DNA of 33,245 nt, from NCBI GenBank assembly GCA_049424145.1, contig JBMSSC010000013.1, positions 1 to 33,245 of the forward strand, written 5' to 3'. A model generated the notes under the pieces. It was not told the DNA's origin, did no database searches, and saw only the letters and a list, made by a program, of their open reading frames with translations. The stretch is from Bdellovibrionia bacterium (GTDB lineage Bacteria > Bdellovibrionota > UBA1018). Both the position numbers and the translations under genes were made by a program. Shown piece after piece: positions 19,609 through 29,687 of the stretch (position 1 is its first letter; each line of letters opens with the position of its first letter).

Positions 19609-21018
19609 ATGATTAAGCATAGCTTTCAATCTGGTGTCACGATTGCATTATTGAGTGCACAGGTATTGTCCGGATGTATGGCTCAGGATTTCTGGCTAAC
19701 GACGGGTCAAGATCCTGATGCGCCTAAAAAAGAGCTGATCTCTTCTGGGCCTCAGAAGAACGATCCCGCTCAAGGGCCCGCATCGCCTGTTTCTCCTGAC
19801 CATCCAATTCCCTCTCCGGAGATCATCTCTCCTTCTCCAATCATCCCTCCATCTCCGATCATCTCTCCTTCTCCGATTGTAACCTCGACCACGAGTGACA
19901 CCTTTCAGATTGGGGATCTAAAAACTAAAAAAATTGATATGCTTTTTGTTATCGATAACTCAGGAAGTATGAAAACCCACCAAGAGGCTTTGACCGCCGG
20001 AATCTCAAGTATGGCAACGGTCTTTCAACGAGCCGACCTTGACATCTGTTTAGCGGTCATCAAATCGAGTCGTTATAACTCTCGGAGTGGAAATGAATTC
20101 CTCAACATTGGATGCACGGACTCAAACAGAAATACGTCCACCGTTTTGGCCAACTTCATCACCAGTGCAAATGTAGGAACCTCAGGTTCAGGAAAAGAGC
20201 TAGCAGGAAAGGCTCTGGTTACGTTTCTTAAAAATGAAAACACCTGGAGTTTAGCCAAATCAAGCACCAAGAGGACCTCATTTTTCCGCCCGGGAGCTAT
20301 GGCAAATATTTCTTTTATCACCGACGAAAACAACTACCTTCGATGTCCAAATTCTTACTCGGGTGAAAACTGCAGTTCAGACACTGAACTCAAGTTACCC
20401 GAGGATAGACCCGACGATGACATTCCCGCTGTTCAAGGCAAATGGGTTGCAACAGGTAAAAACCACTCAAATAGTCGTCTCATTGCCATCCGAGATTCAC
20501 TCAGTTCGCTCTCTAGTCTTTTTTCTTGGTTACTCATTGAGCCAGTCCAAGACACTCGAAAGGGAATCCAGAACTATTTAGATGAATTTTTTTCAGCCCT
20601 AAATCCCGAACAAGCTTTGACTTACACAATCACTACCGTCATCCACTCCTCGAATCAATACTATGGTTACCCCAGTCGAGCGCAAAATCTGGCCCTTCTA
20701 CCACAATTAATTGGACGAGGATCCATGGAAGGTTCCATCGCAGAAACCAATTATGCTCCTCTCTATGAAGCGGTTACACAGAATTTGATTGAGCGATTTT
20801 ATACATTCAAGACGAAGCATCCAATTTATTCTTCTGCTTCGGTTCATGTCAGCATCATTCATGCAAACGCCCATTTCACTCCAACGAATCTGAGCTTATC
20901 GGAGGATTTCACTGTCAGCTCGGATGGGTCTGAAATTCACTTAAACCAAGACAGTCCCATGGTGAAGGATCTGAAAATGGATGATCGTCTTCAGGTGGAA
21001 TACCACTACGTACCCTAG
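19609..21018 (+). CDS. Lipoprotein with Pro-rich stalk and vWA-like (MIDAS) domain
   Basis: Lipobox LSGC; IDMLFVIDNSGSM (DxSxS); FFRPGA..ISFITDE; GAGGA RBS. Confidence 0.8.
   Translation: MIKHSFQSGVTIALLSAQVLSGCMAQDFWLTTGQDPDAPKKELISSGPQKNDPAQGPASPVSPDHPIPSPEIISPSPIIPPSPIISPSPIVTSTTSDTFQIGDLKTKKIDMLFVIDNSGSMKTHQEALTAGISSMATVFQRADLDICLAVIKSSRYNSRSGNEFLNIGCTDSNRNTSTVLANFITSANVGTSGSGKELAGKALVTFLKNENTWSLAKSSTKRTSFFRPGAMANISFITDENNYLRCPNSYSGENCSSDTELKLPEDRPDDDIPAVQGKWVATGKNHSNSRLIAIRDSLSSLSSLFSWLLIEPVQDTRKGIQNYLDEFFSALNPEQALTYTITTVIHSSNQYYGYPSRAQNLALLPQLIGRGSMEGSIAETNYAPLYEAVTQNLIERFYTFKTKHPIYSSASVHVSIIHANAHFTPTNLSLSEDFTVSSDGSEIHLNQDSPMVKDLKMDDRLQVEYHYVP
19822..19875 (+). repeat. 18-bp coding tandem repeat x3 (IISPSP/IIPPSP)
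   Basis: atcatctctccttctcca / atcatccctccatctccg / atcatctctccttctccg. Confidence 0.85.
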
Positions 21019-21038
21019 GATCGAAAAGTCTTCGGTTT

Positions 21039-21788
21039 CTATGAGGCTTTCTTAATCTGCTCGGAGGCTTCTTTCAGCCAGTCAGCCAGACGCTGATGCT
21101 GCTTCGGATCGGAATCCAGGAACTGAATTCGAGAATGATCTTTGGGATCCGCTAGGACTCGACAAGAGAGCTGAACATTCTCTCTTAAAAGGGGATGACT
21201 GACGAAGATCGTACACTGGGTATCTAAGAAATAAAGCGGCAGGGGTTTTTTAAGACGAATGCCACCCAGTGATATGTCCGTTGAGGTGTTCCGATAACTA
21301 TGAGCGCCTGAGATCACCACCACTCGAAACTCAAACTTCAGCCTAGGATGTTTTCTTCTCTCAACAAGAGGATTTTTTTCTGATTTCTCGACCTGAGCTA
21401 AAGGTTGATTTTCATTTGGGATAGGCCGGATGAATTGAGTTTGAGACTGAGTCTCTACCTTCTTTTGAATGGCCTCATTGAAACTGATCGTTCCTTGTTG
21501 AGTGATCGGGTCTTGGGGGTTTTCAGTGGACGAGGAGCTTTCCTGAGAGGAGTTTTGCTCTGCGGGTGAGACTTGCTTCACTTCTGTTGGACTATTGGTC
21601 ATCTGATGAACGAAATCTTGATGACTTCCCTCTCCCACTAAGGTTCGAACGGTGGTAACCTCCTCTTCGAGCCATTCCCCCGTTAAATTACCTCTCATGG
21701 TTGCAGCCGACTGCTCGTCTAAAACGACAATTTTTTGCTCTGTGTTGGAAAGATTGATAAAAGTCCAAGTCTTTTTCGTCTCTCTCAT
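21039..21788 (-). CDS. PilZ-domain protein (c-di-GMP receptor)
   Basis: RRKHPR (RxxxR) and DISLGG (DxSxxG) in the C-terminal domain; low-complexity N-terminal half. Confidence 0.88.
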   Translation of the reverse strand: MRETKKTWTFINLSNTEQKIVVLDEQSAATMRGNLTGEWLEEEVTTVRTLVGEGSHQDFVHQMTNSPTEVKQVSPAEQNSSQESSSSTENPQDPITQQGTISFNEAIQKKVETQSQTQFIRPIPNENQPLAQVEKSEKNPLVERRKHPRLKFEFRVVVISGAHSYRNTSTDISLGGIRLKKPLPLYFLDTQCTIFVSHPLLRENVQLSCRVLADPKDHSRIQFLDSDPKQHQRLADWLKEASEQIKKAS

Positions 21789-21819
21789 GCCCCAATTATC
21801 GGACTAAAACTCGAATCCA

Positions 21820-23493
21820 TTAACTTCTCTCTTGAAAAATGAATGGATAAATTACGTTAGTTGATTTTTTCTTTAAACTCGCGGGAAACTTCATCGTCTG
21901 AATCACACCTAAGACGCACTGCGCTAAAGAGTCCGAGGAAACGGTATTTTTATAAACCGAGGCTTGAGTCACCTGGCCATCAACGCCAATCGTCCACTTA
22001 AACGACAATCGTCCTGAGAGCCTAGGGTTTGTGATTAAAGCCCGTTCATAGCAAGTGCGAATGGGAAGCCGAAAGGAGTTGATATAGCTTTTCACCGTCG
22101 TTCGATCAAGCCCCCCCTCGCTGACCAGAAAATCACTTTGAACCTCTAAGGAATCCAAAGGACCCATCCGGCGACTGATCCCCTCTGTAGAGAGAATCGA
22201 GGAGTCCACTTCGGAACGAGAGCCTCGTTTCATTTGAATGCCCCCTTCCTCGCGAGCGCCCGAGAGATGACTGGTTGCATGACTCAAACTCACTTGGGAA
22301 GATTCGGCCTGAGCAGATTGGCTCAACTGAGAATAGGCCTTTCTCGACTCGAGAACTTCAACAGGGGCCTCGTCCGCCGCTGAGATGGACTTTTTAGCCT
22401 GCACGTCGCGAATCGAAAGGGTCTCTGCCTTCTTTTGACTCTTGGAGATCACCCCAAGCAGACCTAGGCTCTGGACCGTAGGTGGCTCAACCTCTGGGCT
22501 TTTTGGCGGAGTTGCTTTCTTTTTTCCTACTTGAGACTGAAGAGCGGAAATCATCGCTTTTTCCTCAACCTCTCCCTTTTTATGATCCACTTTCTGTTTG
22601 GGCTGTTCTTTGACCTTGGGAGTCTCAGGCTGGACCGGAGGGACTTCCGGTGGAATCTGAACAATTGCCACGCGAGGAGGTGGAGGCAGAGGATCGCGAT
22701 CGAATTCTGAGGAAGAATGGGACACCCAGATCAAGAAAATGAAGCTGACCGCACACCCAAGCAGAAATAGGTTTCGAAGTAAGGCACTCTCCCAGATCTG
22801 AGTGGGTACAGCCGGGGCTTTGATATTTTCTACGAGTCTAAGGTAGAATTCACGACGCTGCCAATGCACCTTGAGCAGCTCATTTTCCTTCAACGAGAGC
22901 GCACCTGAGGAGAGGATTCTTCGGCCTGACAGAGTAAACTCTGCTCCCTGAAGCTCCGAGTGTAGAATTCGGACGATCGTTTCGCCGCTCATTTTTGGGA
23001 TTTCAAGCCTAAACTCCTTTAAATCCCGGCTAATCGAGCGTTTTTTTCCAAACACACCGCGTCTCAAGGAGAAATGATTGACCTCTTCAATGGCTCCTGA
23101 ATCGGTCCGAACCTGCACCACCTCCAACAATTGTGGTTCTTGAGCCACAGACTGAGAGAGATTTTCTAAAATCACACCTCCAATTTCAGCTGCGCTCTCT
23201 CGGTGACTCTCTTCAAGAGCAAAAACCAATCCATGGATTTCTACGGGATGATCCCCTAAGACTACGCCTTCTGATTCATCCGCACTTTTTGAGATATCGG
23301 TGATCGCCCAACGCCCCTCGTTGGGTTGAAACGTTCCGGATCCGAGCCATTCGATAATGAAGTGAATGGCTTGAATCCCCGGTGCTCGTAAGAGGATATC
23401 ACACGTGGGTGATCGCCCGATGGTCATTAAGGGCTTAGTGAGCGGACTATGAGCAATATCCAACCTACTTCTTGAGAGTTTGAGTATTTTCAT
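21820..23493 (-). CDS. GltG/PglI-like protein: FHA, TM, Pro-rich linker, TonB-C-like (AgmX/PglI) domain
   Basis: TIGRSPTCDI..IQAIHFII (FHA), one TM helix, PLPPPP, GGLDR..IRTCYERAL..P.LSGR...W.I..QCV......FP....V.YPFIF. Confidence 0.85.
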   Translation of the reverse strand: MKILKLSRSRLDIAHSPLTKPLMTIGRSPTCDILLRAPGIQAIHFIIEWLGSGTFQPNEGRWAITDISKSADESEGVVLGDHPVEIHGLVFALEESHRESAAEIGGVILENLSQSVAQEPQLLEVVQVRTDSGAIEEVNHFSLRRGVFGKKRSISRDLKEFRLEIPKMSGETIVRILHSELQGAEFTLSGRRILSSGALSLKENELLKVHWQRREFYLRLVENIKAPAVPTQIWESALLRNLFLLGCAVSFIFLIWVSHSSSEFDRDPLPPPPRVAIVQIPPEVPPVQPETPKVKEQPKQKVDHKKGEVEEKAMISALQSQVGKKKATPPKSPEVEPPTVQSLGLLGVISKSQKKAETLSIRDVQAKKSISAADEAPVEVLESRKAYSQLSQSAQAESSQVSLSHATSHLSGAREEGGIQMKRGSRSEVDSSILSTEGISRRMGPLDSLEVQSDFLVSEGGLDRTTVKSYINSFRLPIRTCYERALITNPRLSGRLSFKWTIGVDGQVTQASVYKNTVSSDSLAQCVLGVIQTMKFPASLKKKSTNVIYPFIFQERS

Positions 23494-23773
23494 TTTTTTG
23501 CATCGTGGGTTTTTGAATCACAGACTCAGGAATTCGGGGTCGCAATGGCGCATCAGCGCGATGAAAATCATTAAAATCAGCTCGTTGGTAGAAAATAGCC
23601 GAGAGATCTGAGCTCTCCGGATCACTCTCGATGAACAGGTAGGGCGCCTTTTTTTCCCCCTCAATAACCTCAGCCTCAAAGTCTAAAACGTCCTCTGCGT
23701 AGGCGAAAGAGAGCTGAAAGCAGAAATAAAAGAGGGCAATTTTTTTAAACAGCGAAAATCGCTCGTGACTCAT
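23465..23773 (-). CDS. GltF/CglF-like small exported protein
   Basis: Signal peptide ending AYA then VLDFEAEVIEGEKKAP...R.DF; position before the gltG-like gene. Confidence 0.75.
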   Translation of the reverse strand: MSHERFSLFKKIALFYFCFQLSFAYAEDVLDFEAEVIEGEKKAPYLFIESDPESSDLSAIFYQRADFNDFHRADAPLRPRIPESVIQKPTMQKNENTQTLKK

Positions 23774-26700
23774 TTGAGCTTCTCCGGAACAGGTCGCTTA
23801 CATTGTTTAGCCCAGCTTTGAATCACGGAGTCCTGATGATAGAGTTCAAGCTCAGTGAGTAAGTAGTGCCGTAGGGCTGAATTCGGTCGATTCATCAGGA
23901 GAATCCCCGTTCGGATGGCAAAATAATCGACGTCCTTGGGAATCCCAATGGGGCGATAGTAATCCAACAGAGTGAGAGCAGCTAGAACCTGATGCTCATC
24001 GATTTGTTTCTTGAGACTGGATCGATAAGATCCAAGAACCTTGGGCCACTCCCAATCGTCAGGGTCCACGGAGAGTAGGGTTCTTTGTTCCAGCAGGAGG
24101 TTCTCTTGAAGTCCCTCTTGTTGAACCTGCTGGATGAGCCTGTCGTAAGAATCAGCCTGCCGCTCAAATTCTTGAGCTCCCTCTTCTAGGCCTTTTTTGT
24201 AATCATTGACTTGCTGATCACGGATTCCTTGAGGCAACGGGGAGTGAAGAATCATCTGAGCCACGTTTTTTTCTAAATCCCGAGCAGCGCTCAGGTTCCT
24301 AATTTTCTGATCCGGAGAATCGGACTGAAGAGACTTCTTTAAGAGGGGTCTTAAGGCTTGAACTTGAGTGATCACAGCCTGAGCTTGCTTTGCCTGCTGG
24401 GAGTCAGAAAGGCTTTCTAAGTCTGGAATCTGAATCTCTTTGACCTTCTTTTCAATCGCAGTGCGTTCTGAGGAAATGGGCTCTAAAAAAGGATAATTCT
24501 TACCTAAAAGAAGTTCAAGCTCCTCCGAGCGAATGAGTTTTCTTTGATCCAACTGAATCTTCAAAGCCAAAGCCACAAGCTTACGCTCCGCATTGGAGAG
24601 CTTTGTGGTCTGCTCTTGGGCGTAGCGAATCACCCGATCAGGCTGAACAAAGACCAGGGAGGACAACCAGGACTCACGCTCCTGTGGGCTGAGGATCAGC
24701 AGATCGGAGACCCGGGGAATTCGATCAGTTAGCTTCTGTGAGATTTGTCGTCGCAATGTCCAGGAAGGATCCACGTGAAACTGAAGGATCCATTGAGTCA
24801 GTTTCCACGACCAATCCAACAATCCTTGATCTATGCTCACCTTCCAAAGCGCTTCACTGAAAGCCAGAATTTCAGAGGACTCTCGATCTGGAGCAGGGGT
24901 TTTCAGCAGCTCTTCAGCCACCTCCTCCAGGGGACGATCCTTCATCAAATCGCGAAGATAATCAACTCGTGCAATGACTCGTTTACTTAAATCCGAGCTG
25001 AGCGCATAAAAAAGATTGAGATTCTTTTTGTACTCTTCTCGATTCCCTTTGCGCTTCCAAACCTGAGCCAGCTCCAGGGCCGACTCTCGATAAATTTCTG
25101 AGACTTTCCCTTTTTTCTCTAAAAACTTTTTCCCTCGCGAGTCTTCCAAAATGTCGGAATAGGCTTGAAGCTGAAACCGAGTGAACTGAAGGCGATAAAA
25201 ATCTTCTTCATTCCCCGTTTTTTTTACCAAATCAATTAAGATGGGCAGAAGCGGCTCAAACTCTTTGGCTTTCCAAGCATTCTGGGCGTAAATCCGCACC
25301 ACCGAAGGCCATTGATCGGAACGAGGGAACTCACGAATAAAAGACTGAAGAAGGCCTAGGAACTGGGCGGAACGGGGATTTTTCTGCTTCGAGTCGCCAG
25401 AAACCCCATTTTGAAAAGCTGCAATTTGATCCAAATGAGCACGCTCTCGAAGTGGATCGAGTCGATTTGATCCCGTCTTTTTTGAACCCTCCAAGATCAG
25501 AGTAGAAACTTCGAAAACTCCGGGCCAGTCCTGAATCTGAAGACAAAAATCACTCCAAAGAGTCATGACTTTGATCTCATTTGGCTTTTCCCTTAAAGCC
25601 CTCTGATAAAATCGAAACAAATTCTTCAGGGTAGCTAAGGACTCAGAAGGAGAAATCGCCTCAGGCGATCTGATCTTTCCTAAATAGGTATCTAAATAGA
25701 CTTTTATTAAAATCTGAACTTCTGCCCCGATCTCTTGATCTAACTTATCAGGGACTTGCTCATTTTTAGCGAAAATCATTCGATCTAAAGCGGATTGAAG
25801 TTTCAAAAACGCCTTTTCATAGGACTTCAGTGCGTAGGGTTTTCTCTGAAGCCTCAGCTCAGACAAGAGCATTTCAATGCGTTTGAGCGGCTGATCCTCT
25901 TTCTGGATCAATCGATTTAAAACGAGCGTATGATTCTCGATGGATCCTGTCGCCTCAACACTTTTCAAAAGTTCATCCAGAAATGAGGTCTTCAATTTTG
26001 CAGGAAGAATTCGAGTCTCAATCCGATTTAAGCTTTCAGAAAAGCGCTTGGAATGAGCGGCCAGATAGGCCAGATCACGAACTGCATCCTGAGCAAGCTC
26101 GGAGGCAGGATTGGATTTCATCAAGGAACGTTTGAGAATTAAACCTAAATAGCGCTCAGCGAGCTCAAAATTTCCTAAATTCGTCATACACCAGGCCAAT
26201 TTGTAGATGGCCAGATTTTGCATACCCAAAGGCATCAACCGAGAGTAGCGATAATAAAAATCTGAGGCTTCCCGAAATCGATTTTGATCGAAATAGGCCT
26301 CACCGATAAAAAATCCAAGCTTGGCGGATAGGGAGGGTGGAGGGTTCAGCTTTAAGACCTTTTCAAAAAGCTCCCTCGATAATTGTTTTTGATCCAAAAA
26401 CAGGTAAGCAACACCTTGAGCGTGAAGAGCCCGCCAGCGAAGGTCCGCAGAGAGGGAGGGCACCTTTAAGGCTTCTTGAGCATCCTCAATGGCAGCTTGA
26501 AGGAAAGGCTTGAATGAGGATGAGCCCTGGGCCTTGGAGTCCATTAACAGGAGTTTTGCTAGCTCGGTTTGGGTGATTGCTCGATTGATGAGGATCTGGG
26601 ATCGCCTGAGTCCCGGGGGTAGCTGTGTGAGAAGGAAGGTCAGATTGGACTGAGTTTTCCTGAGTTCTTCTTGGGATTTGGTTTTCTCTCGGGGATTGTC

Positions 26701-26919
26701 GGATTCAAGAAGAGAGAATCGATTGACTGGAGAGAAGTCATTTTTTTTGGGTCCTGGGACTGAGGAGGGTTTTGACTCAGGTGGCCTAGGCGCTTGAGCC
26801 TGGCCGAGAAAATCTGTTTCAATGGCAGATGCAGGAAGTTCAAGAGCTGTAATCAAGGAGAGGGTAATCCAGCGTGCAATCCCATGGCGAGAGTTGAAGA
26901 AGCCCGAAACTACTGACAT
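23770..26919 (-). CDS. Large exported TPR protein, GltD/AgmU-like
   Basis: Signal peptide; FFIGEAYFDQN.F..A..Y, AIYKLAWC..NLG; SPLP.G...Y..GL near C-terminus; operon position. Confidence 0.75.
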   Translation of the reverse strand: MSVVSGFFNSRHGIARWITLSLITALELPASAIETDFLGQAQAPRPPESKPSSVPGPKKNDFSPVNRFSLLESDNPREKTKSQEELRKTQSNLTFLLTQLPPGLRRSQILINRAITQTELAKLLLMDSKAQGSSSFKPFLQAAIEDAQEALKVPSLSADLRWRALHAQGVAYLFLDQKQLSRELFEKVLKLNPPPSLSAKLGFFIGEAYFDQNRFREASDFYYRYSRLMPLGMQNLAIYKLAWCMTNLGNFELAERYLGLILKRSLMKSNPASELAQDAVRDLAYLAAHSKRFSESLNRIETRILPAKLKTSFLDELLKSVEATGSIENHTLVLNRLIQKEDQPLKRIEMLLSELRLQRKPYALKSYEKAFLKLQSALDRMIFAKNEQVPDKLDQEIGAEVQILIKVYLDTYLGKIRSPEAISPSESLATLKNLFRFYQRALREKPNEIKVMTLWSDFCLQIQDWPGVFEVSTLILEGSKKTGSNRLDPLRERAHLDQIAAFQNGVSGDSKQKNPRSAQFLGLLQSFIREFPRSDQWPSVVRIYAQNAWKAKEFEPLLPILIDLVKKTGNEEDFYRLQFTRFQLQAYSDILEDSRGKKFLEKKGKVSEIYRESALELAQVWKRKGNREEYKKNLNLFYALSSDLSKRVIARVDYLRDLMKDRPLEEVAEELLKTPAPDRESSEILAFSEALWKVSIDQGLLDWSWKLTQWILQFHVDPSWTLRRQISQKLTDRIPRVSDLLILSPQERESWLSSLVFVQPDRVIRYAQEQTTKLSNAERKLVALALKIQLDQRKLIRSEELELLLGKNYPFLEPISSERTAIEKKVKEIQIPDLESLSDSQQAKQAQAVITQVQALRPLLKKSLQSDSPDQKIRNLSAARDLEKNVAQMILHSPLPQGIRDQQVNDYKKGLEEGAQEFERQADSYDRLIQQVQQEGLQENLLLEQRTLLSVDPDDWEWPKVLGSYRSSLKKQIDEHQVLAALTLLDYYRPIGIPKDVDYFAIRTGILLMNRPNSALRHYLLTELELYHQDSVIQSWAKQCKRPVPEKLK

Positions 26920-28061
26920 CGACTCTCTCCGATAAATAGATTCTTCCCGACTTCATCTTGCCATTGTTCGGCGTCATCAGCAGGCCAGATTTCCAAGTTT
27001 TGTCTCAGCAATTCATCCCGGTTCTCAAAGGCGCGGATGGGTTTTAACACGGACCGGGTGTCGGTGACTTGAGCCAAGTTTTCAAAAGCTTTAACCGTAT
27101 TGAGATTTTTAAATATCGTGGCCTTAGAACTCTGATAGAGCTGAGAGAGTTGTCTGAGGATTTGCTTTCTTTCATCTTCCCGTTCTCGGTCCGTAACTTC
27201 GGGAAGTTCTAAGACACTCGATCGAGGACTCTGGACGAGCCGGTACAGGATGGAGAGCTTAGAGTCGTTCTTTGCCCAACTCCAATAAGAGCCCTCCTTG
27301 AGTGATTTTTCGAGTTGCTGAAGTTCATCCGAGACCAAGTGAAGATCCTCATAGCGACACAGCTGCTTGAGTAAGTAAGTCTGAATGAGATAGGCTTCAA
27401 AGTGAGGAAGGCCTCCTAAGTACTCGGAGTGTTGAGAGGCGATGGCCCCTAATGCAATCTCCACTCGACCTGCCTTGAAAGCGGACCACATTTTCTCGAA
27501 TAAAACTTGCTTAAAATGAAGGTATCCAGGCTGAATCCATTGGTAGACCTCCACTGCTTCATCATACCGACGGGCTCCAAACAGGGCGCGACCCATGAGA
27601 TGGTAAGCATAAGGCAGATGCAGACGGACTGAGTTGGGGTCCGAGCTTTTTCGAAGGGATCGAGCAAGCTGCTGAGCTTTTGAAAAGGCTGCTTCAAACT
27701 GTCCCGCTAAAAGAAGCCGATCCGCATTTTGAAACCCAAGATCCAAGGGGCTGAGATCGCCTGGACTTCTGGATTGCCAAAGAGGAATCAAATCCATTCC
27801 AATCCGCGAGGCTTGCTCATGAAGTCTCGATTCAATCCACCGCCACTCCCCTCGAGACAAACTCTCGCCGTAGAGTTTTTTTACGTAGACTCTCAGCCCC
27901 AAGTCATCCTTGCTTTTAATTAATCGTTGGATGACTTCCAGACGTCGAGACTGAACAGGGGTCATTCCTTTTTTCTGAGTCGTAGGATGAGCAGGAGCCC
28001 CATGACTCCATCCCGGGAGCACCGCAAAAATGAGAACGGCTCCGAGACGAACTCCCCTCAT
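26910..28061 (-). CDS. Exported TPR protein, GltC-like
   Basis: Signal peptide; LFEKMWSAF.....ALG....S.Y.....EAY....L..LC.Y; C-terminal WP..AEQWQDEVG...SRC. Confidence 0.75.
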   Translation of the reverse strand: MRGVRLGAVLIFAVLPGWSHGAPAHPTTQKKGMTPVQSRRLEVIQRLIKSKDDLGLRVYVKKLYGESLSRGEWRWIESRLHEQASRIGMDLIPLWQSRSPGDLSPLDLGFQNADRLLLAGQFEAAFSKAQQLARSLRKSSDPNSVRLHLPYAYHLMGRALFGARRYDEAVEVYQWIQPGYLHFKQVLFEKMWSAFKAGRVEIALGAIASQHSEYLGGLPHFEAYLIQTYLLKQLCRYEDLHLVSDELQQLEKSLKEGSYWSWAKNDSKLSILYRLVQSPRSSVLELPEVTDREREDERKQILRQLSQLYQSSKATIFKNLNTVKAFENLAQVTDTRSVLKPIRAFENRDELLRQNLEIWPADDAEQWQDEVGKNLFIGESRCQ

Positions 28062-28546
28062 CCGCCTTGGCTCCTCTCAGAGGAGGTCACAAAGAGGATC
28101 GAGGTGAAACCGGCCTTTCGAAAGGCCAAGACTACATCAAAAACGTCTTGATATGGGGTATTGGAATCCGCCAGAAAATTGAGAGCATAAACCGAGATCT
28201 TGGCTTTCTCCTGACTCTTCAAGTAGCTCAAAGCCGCTTGATGAATTCGTGAAATGATGGGCTCCAAAGCCCCGGGTTGCCTAAACTCACTCAACGGAAT
28301 CACCTCGTTCATCAAACTAAAGCGCACGCTCTCATGATCAACAACCACACGAGGGGCTGACTGAGTTTGCTCTCGACTGAAGCTTTTTGGAAGCTGCATC
28401 CCTGAAGGAACCTCAAGATCGGCAGCTCCCATGGCTCCCCCGAGAACCAAAAAAATCACGATCATAGAGAACACGTCAATGAGTGCCGTGAGCTGAAGTT
28501 CAATCGGTTTTTTAGGATTTTTTTTGGGTGCCCCTAGGAAATTCAT
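28058..28546 (-). CDS. ExbD/TolR family protein (AglS-like)
   Basis: LQLTALIDVFSMIVIFL with conserved TM Asp; ADSNTPY..AGF. Confidence 0.9.
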   Translation of the reverse strand: MNFLGAPKKNPKKPIELQLTALIDVFSMIVIFLVLGGAMGAADLEVPSGMQLPKSFSREQTQSAPRVVVDHESVRFSLMNEVIPLSEFRQPGALEPIISRIHQAALSYLKSQEKAKISVYALNFLADSNTPYQDVFDVVLAFRKAGFTSILFVTSSERSQGG

Positions 28547-29031
28547 ACGCCCCCCTGCTGCGGATAGGAGATCAGCACGGAATTGGGCAGATAAGGCCCG
28601 GTGGCATCCATGACCTGAATTAAGACCTGATAAGGGATTCCTGGGTCTAATCCGATTTGTAGAGTCTTTTCTTCAGGAAAGTGCTGAGCGAAATCCTGAA
28701 GCTGTTTGCCCACTTTTTCTCTTAGCTCCGACTCACTCATTTCCACCTGCAAGCGTGAAGGGTGAGCCCCCATCCAGGTGAGCTCTGAGGAATAAAACCC
28801 CTGGGACTGCCTCCGAATCAAGAGCTTCGGTGAGAGAGGAGGATTTTTTTCAGCCTCGGTCTGCTGCTCAACCACAGTCGAAGAGGGCGGCAAGGTCAGC
28901 TTGGTGTACTCAACGAAGCTGGTGGAGATCAGAAGAAAGAAGATCACGGTCGTCAACATGTCCAGAATTGGAACAATATTGAGATCCGGGGTGTGCTTTC
29001 TCCTTCTCCCCAGGAGAATTTCATCCATCAT
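28543..29031 (-). CDS. ExbD/TolR family protein (AglQ-like)
   Basis: LNIVPILDMLTTVIFFLL with conserved TM Asp; IPYQVLIQVMDA. Confidence 0.9.
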   Translation of the reverse strand: MMDEILLGRRRKHTPDLNIVPILDMLTTVIFFLLISTSFVEYTKLTLPPSSTVVEQQTEAEKNPPLSPKLLIRRQSQGFYSSELTWMGAHPSRLQVEMSESELREKVGKQLQDFAQHFPEEKTLQIGLDPGIPYQVLIQVMDATGPYLPNSVLISYPQQGGV

Positions 29032-29675
29032 ACTTTTTCAACTCGTTCCGACTGTTCCACCCAAGTAATCACCTTTAAGCCAATGTCTTGAGTCTTGGCT
29101 AAAATGGCCTCACCCTGAGAGACGCAGAGAGAATGCACGACCATGGCGGTCATCCCCACCACGAGCCCTGCTGCCGTGGCATACATCGCCTCAGAAATCC
29201 CAAGCCCAAGTAGCCTCGCTTTTTCAGCAGGGTCCGCATTGGCAATGGAAGCAAAGGTCTTGATTAACCCACTAATCGTTCCCAAAAGGCCTAAGAGAGT
29301 GGCCACGTTGGCAATCAAGCCGATGTACCCCACACGAACTTCGCATCGATGGCTCACGTTTAAGACTTCCGAACTGAGCGCGGACTTCATCGCCTCGCGT
29401 CCGTTCTCCACTGCAATCAGACCCGCCTTAACCACGGAAAGTTCAGGAGAGTTGGGTTTTTTCCCACAAATCTGAATCGCATCGGTGTACTTTTGCTCCA
29501 AAATCAGCTCACGAATCTGAGTGATTGCACCTTTTGTATTGTAGGACATATAGACAAACAAAACCGTCAGACGTTCCGCCCCAAGAATAAAAAGCGCAAT
29601 CCCCGCAAAGAAGATCAGGTACGCAACAAAGCCACCGTGATGAATTAAAATATCAATTGGACCCACTGTCTCCAC
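29028..29675 (-). CDS. MotA/TolQ/ExbB proton channel (AglR-like)
   Basis: ANVATLLGLLGTISGLI..F, ADPAEKA..L..GISEAMYATAAGL; GTG start with AAAGGG upstream. Confidence 0.92.
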   Translation of the reverse strand: METVGPIDILIHHGGFVAYLIFFAGIALFILGAERLTVLFVYMSYNTKGAITQIRELILEQKYTDAIQICGKKPNSPELSVVKAGLIAVENGREAMKSALSSEVLNVSHRCEVRVGYIGLIANVATLLGLLGTISGLIKTFASIANADPAEKARLLGLGISEAMYATAAGLVVGMTAMVVHSLCVSQGEAILAKTQDIGLKVITWVEQSERVEKV

Positions 29676-29687
29676 CCCTTTTTGTCA

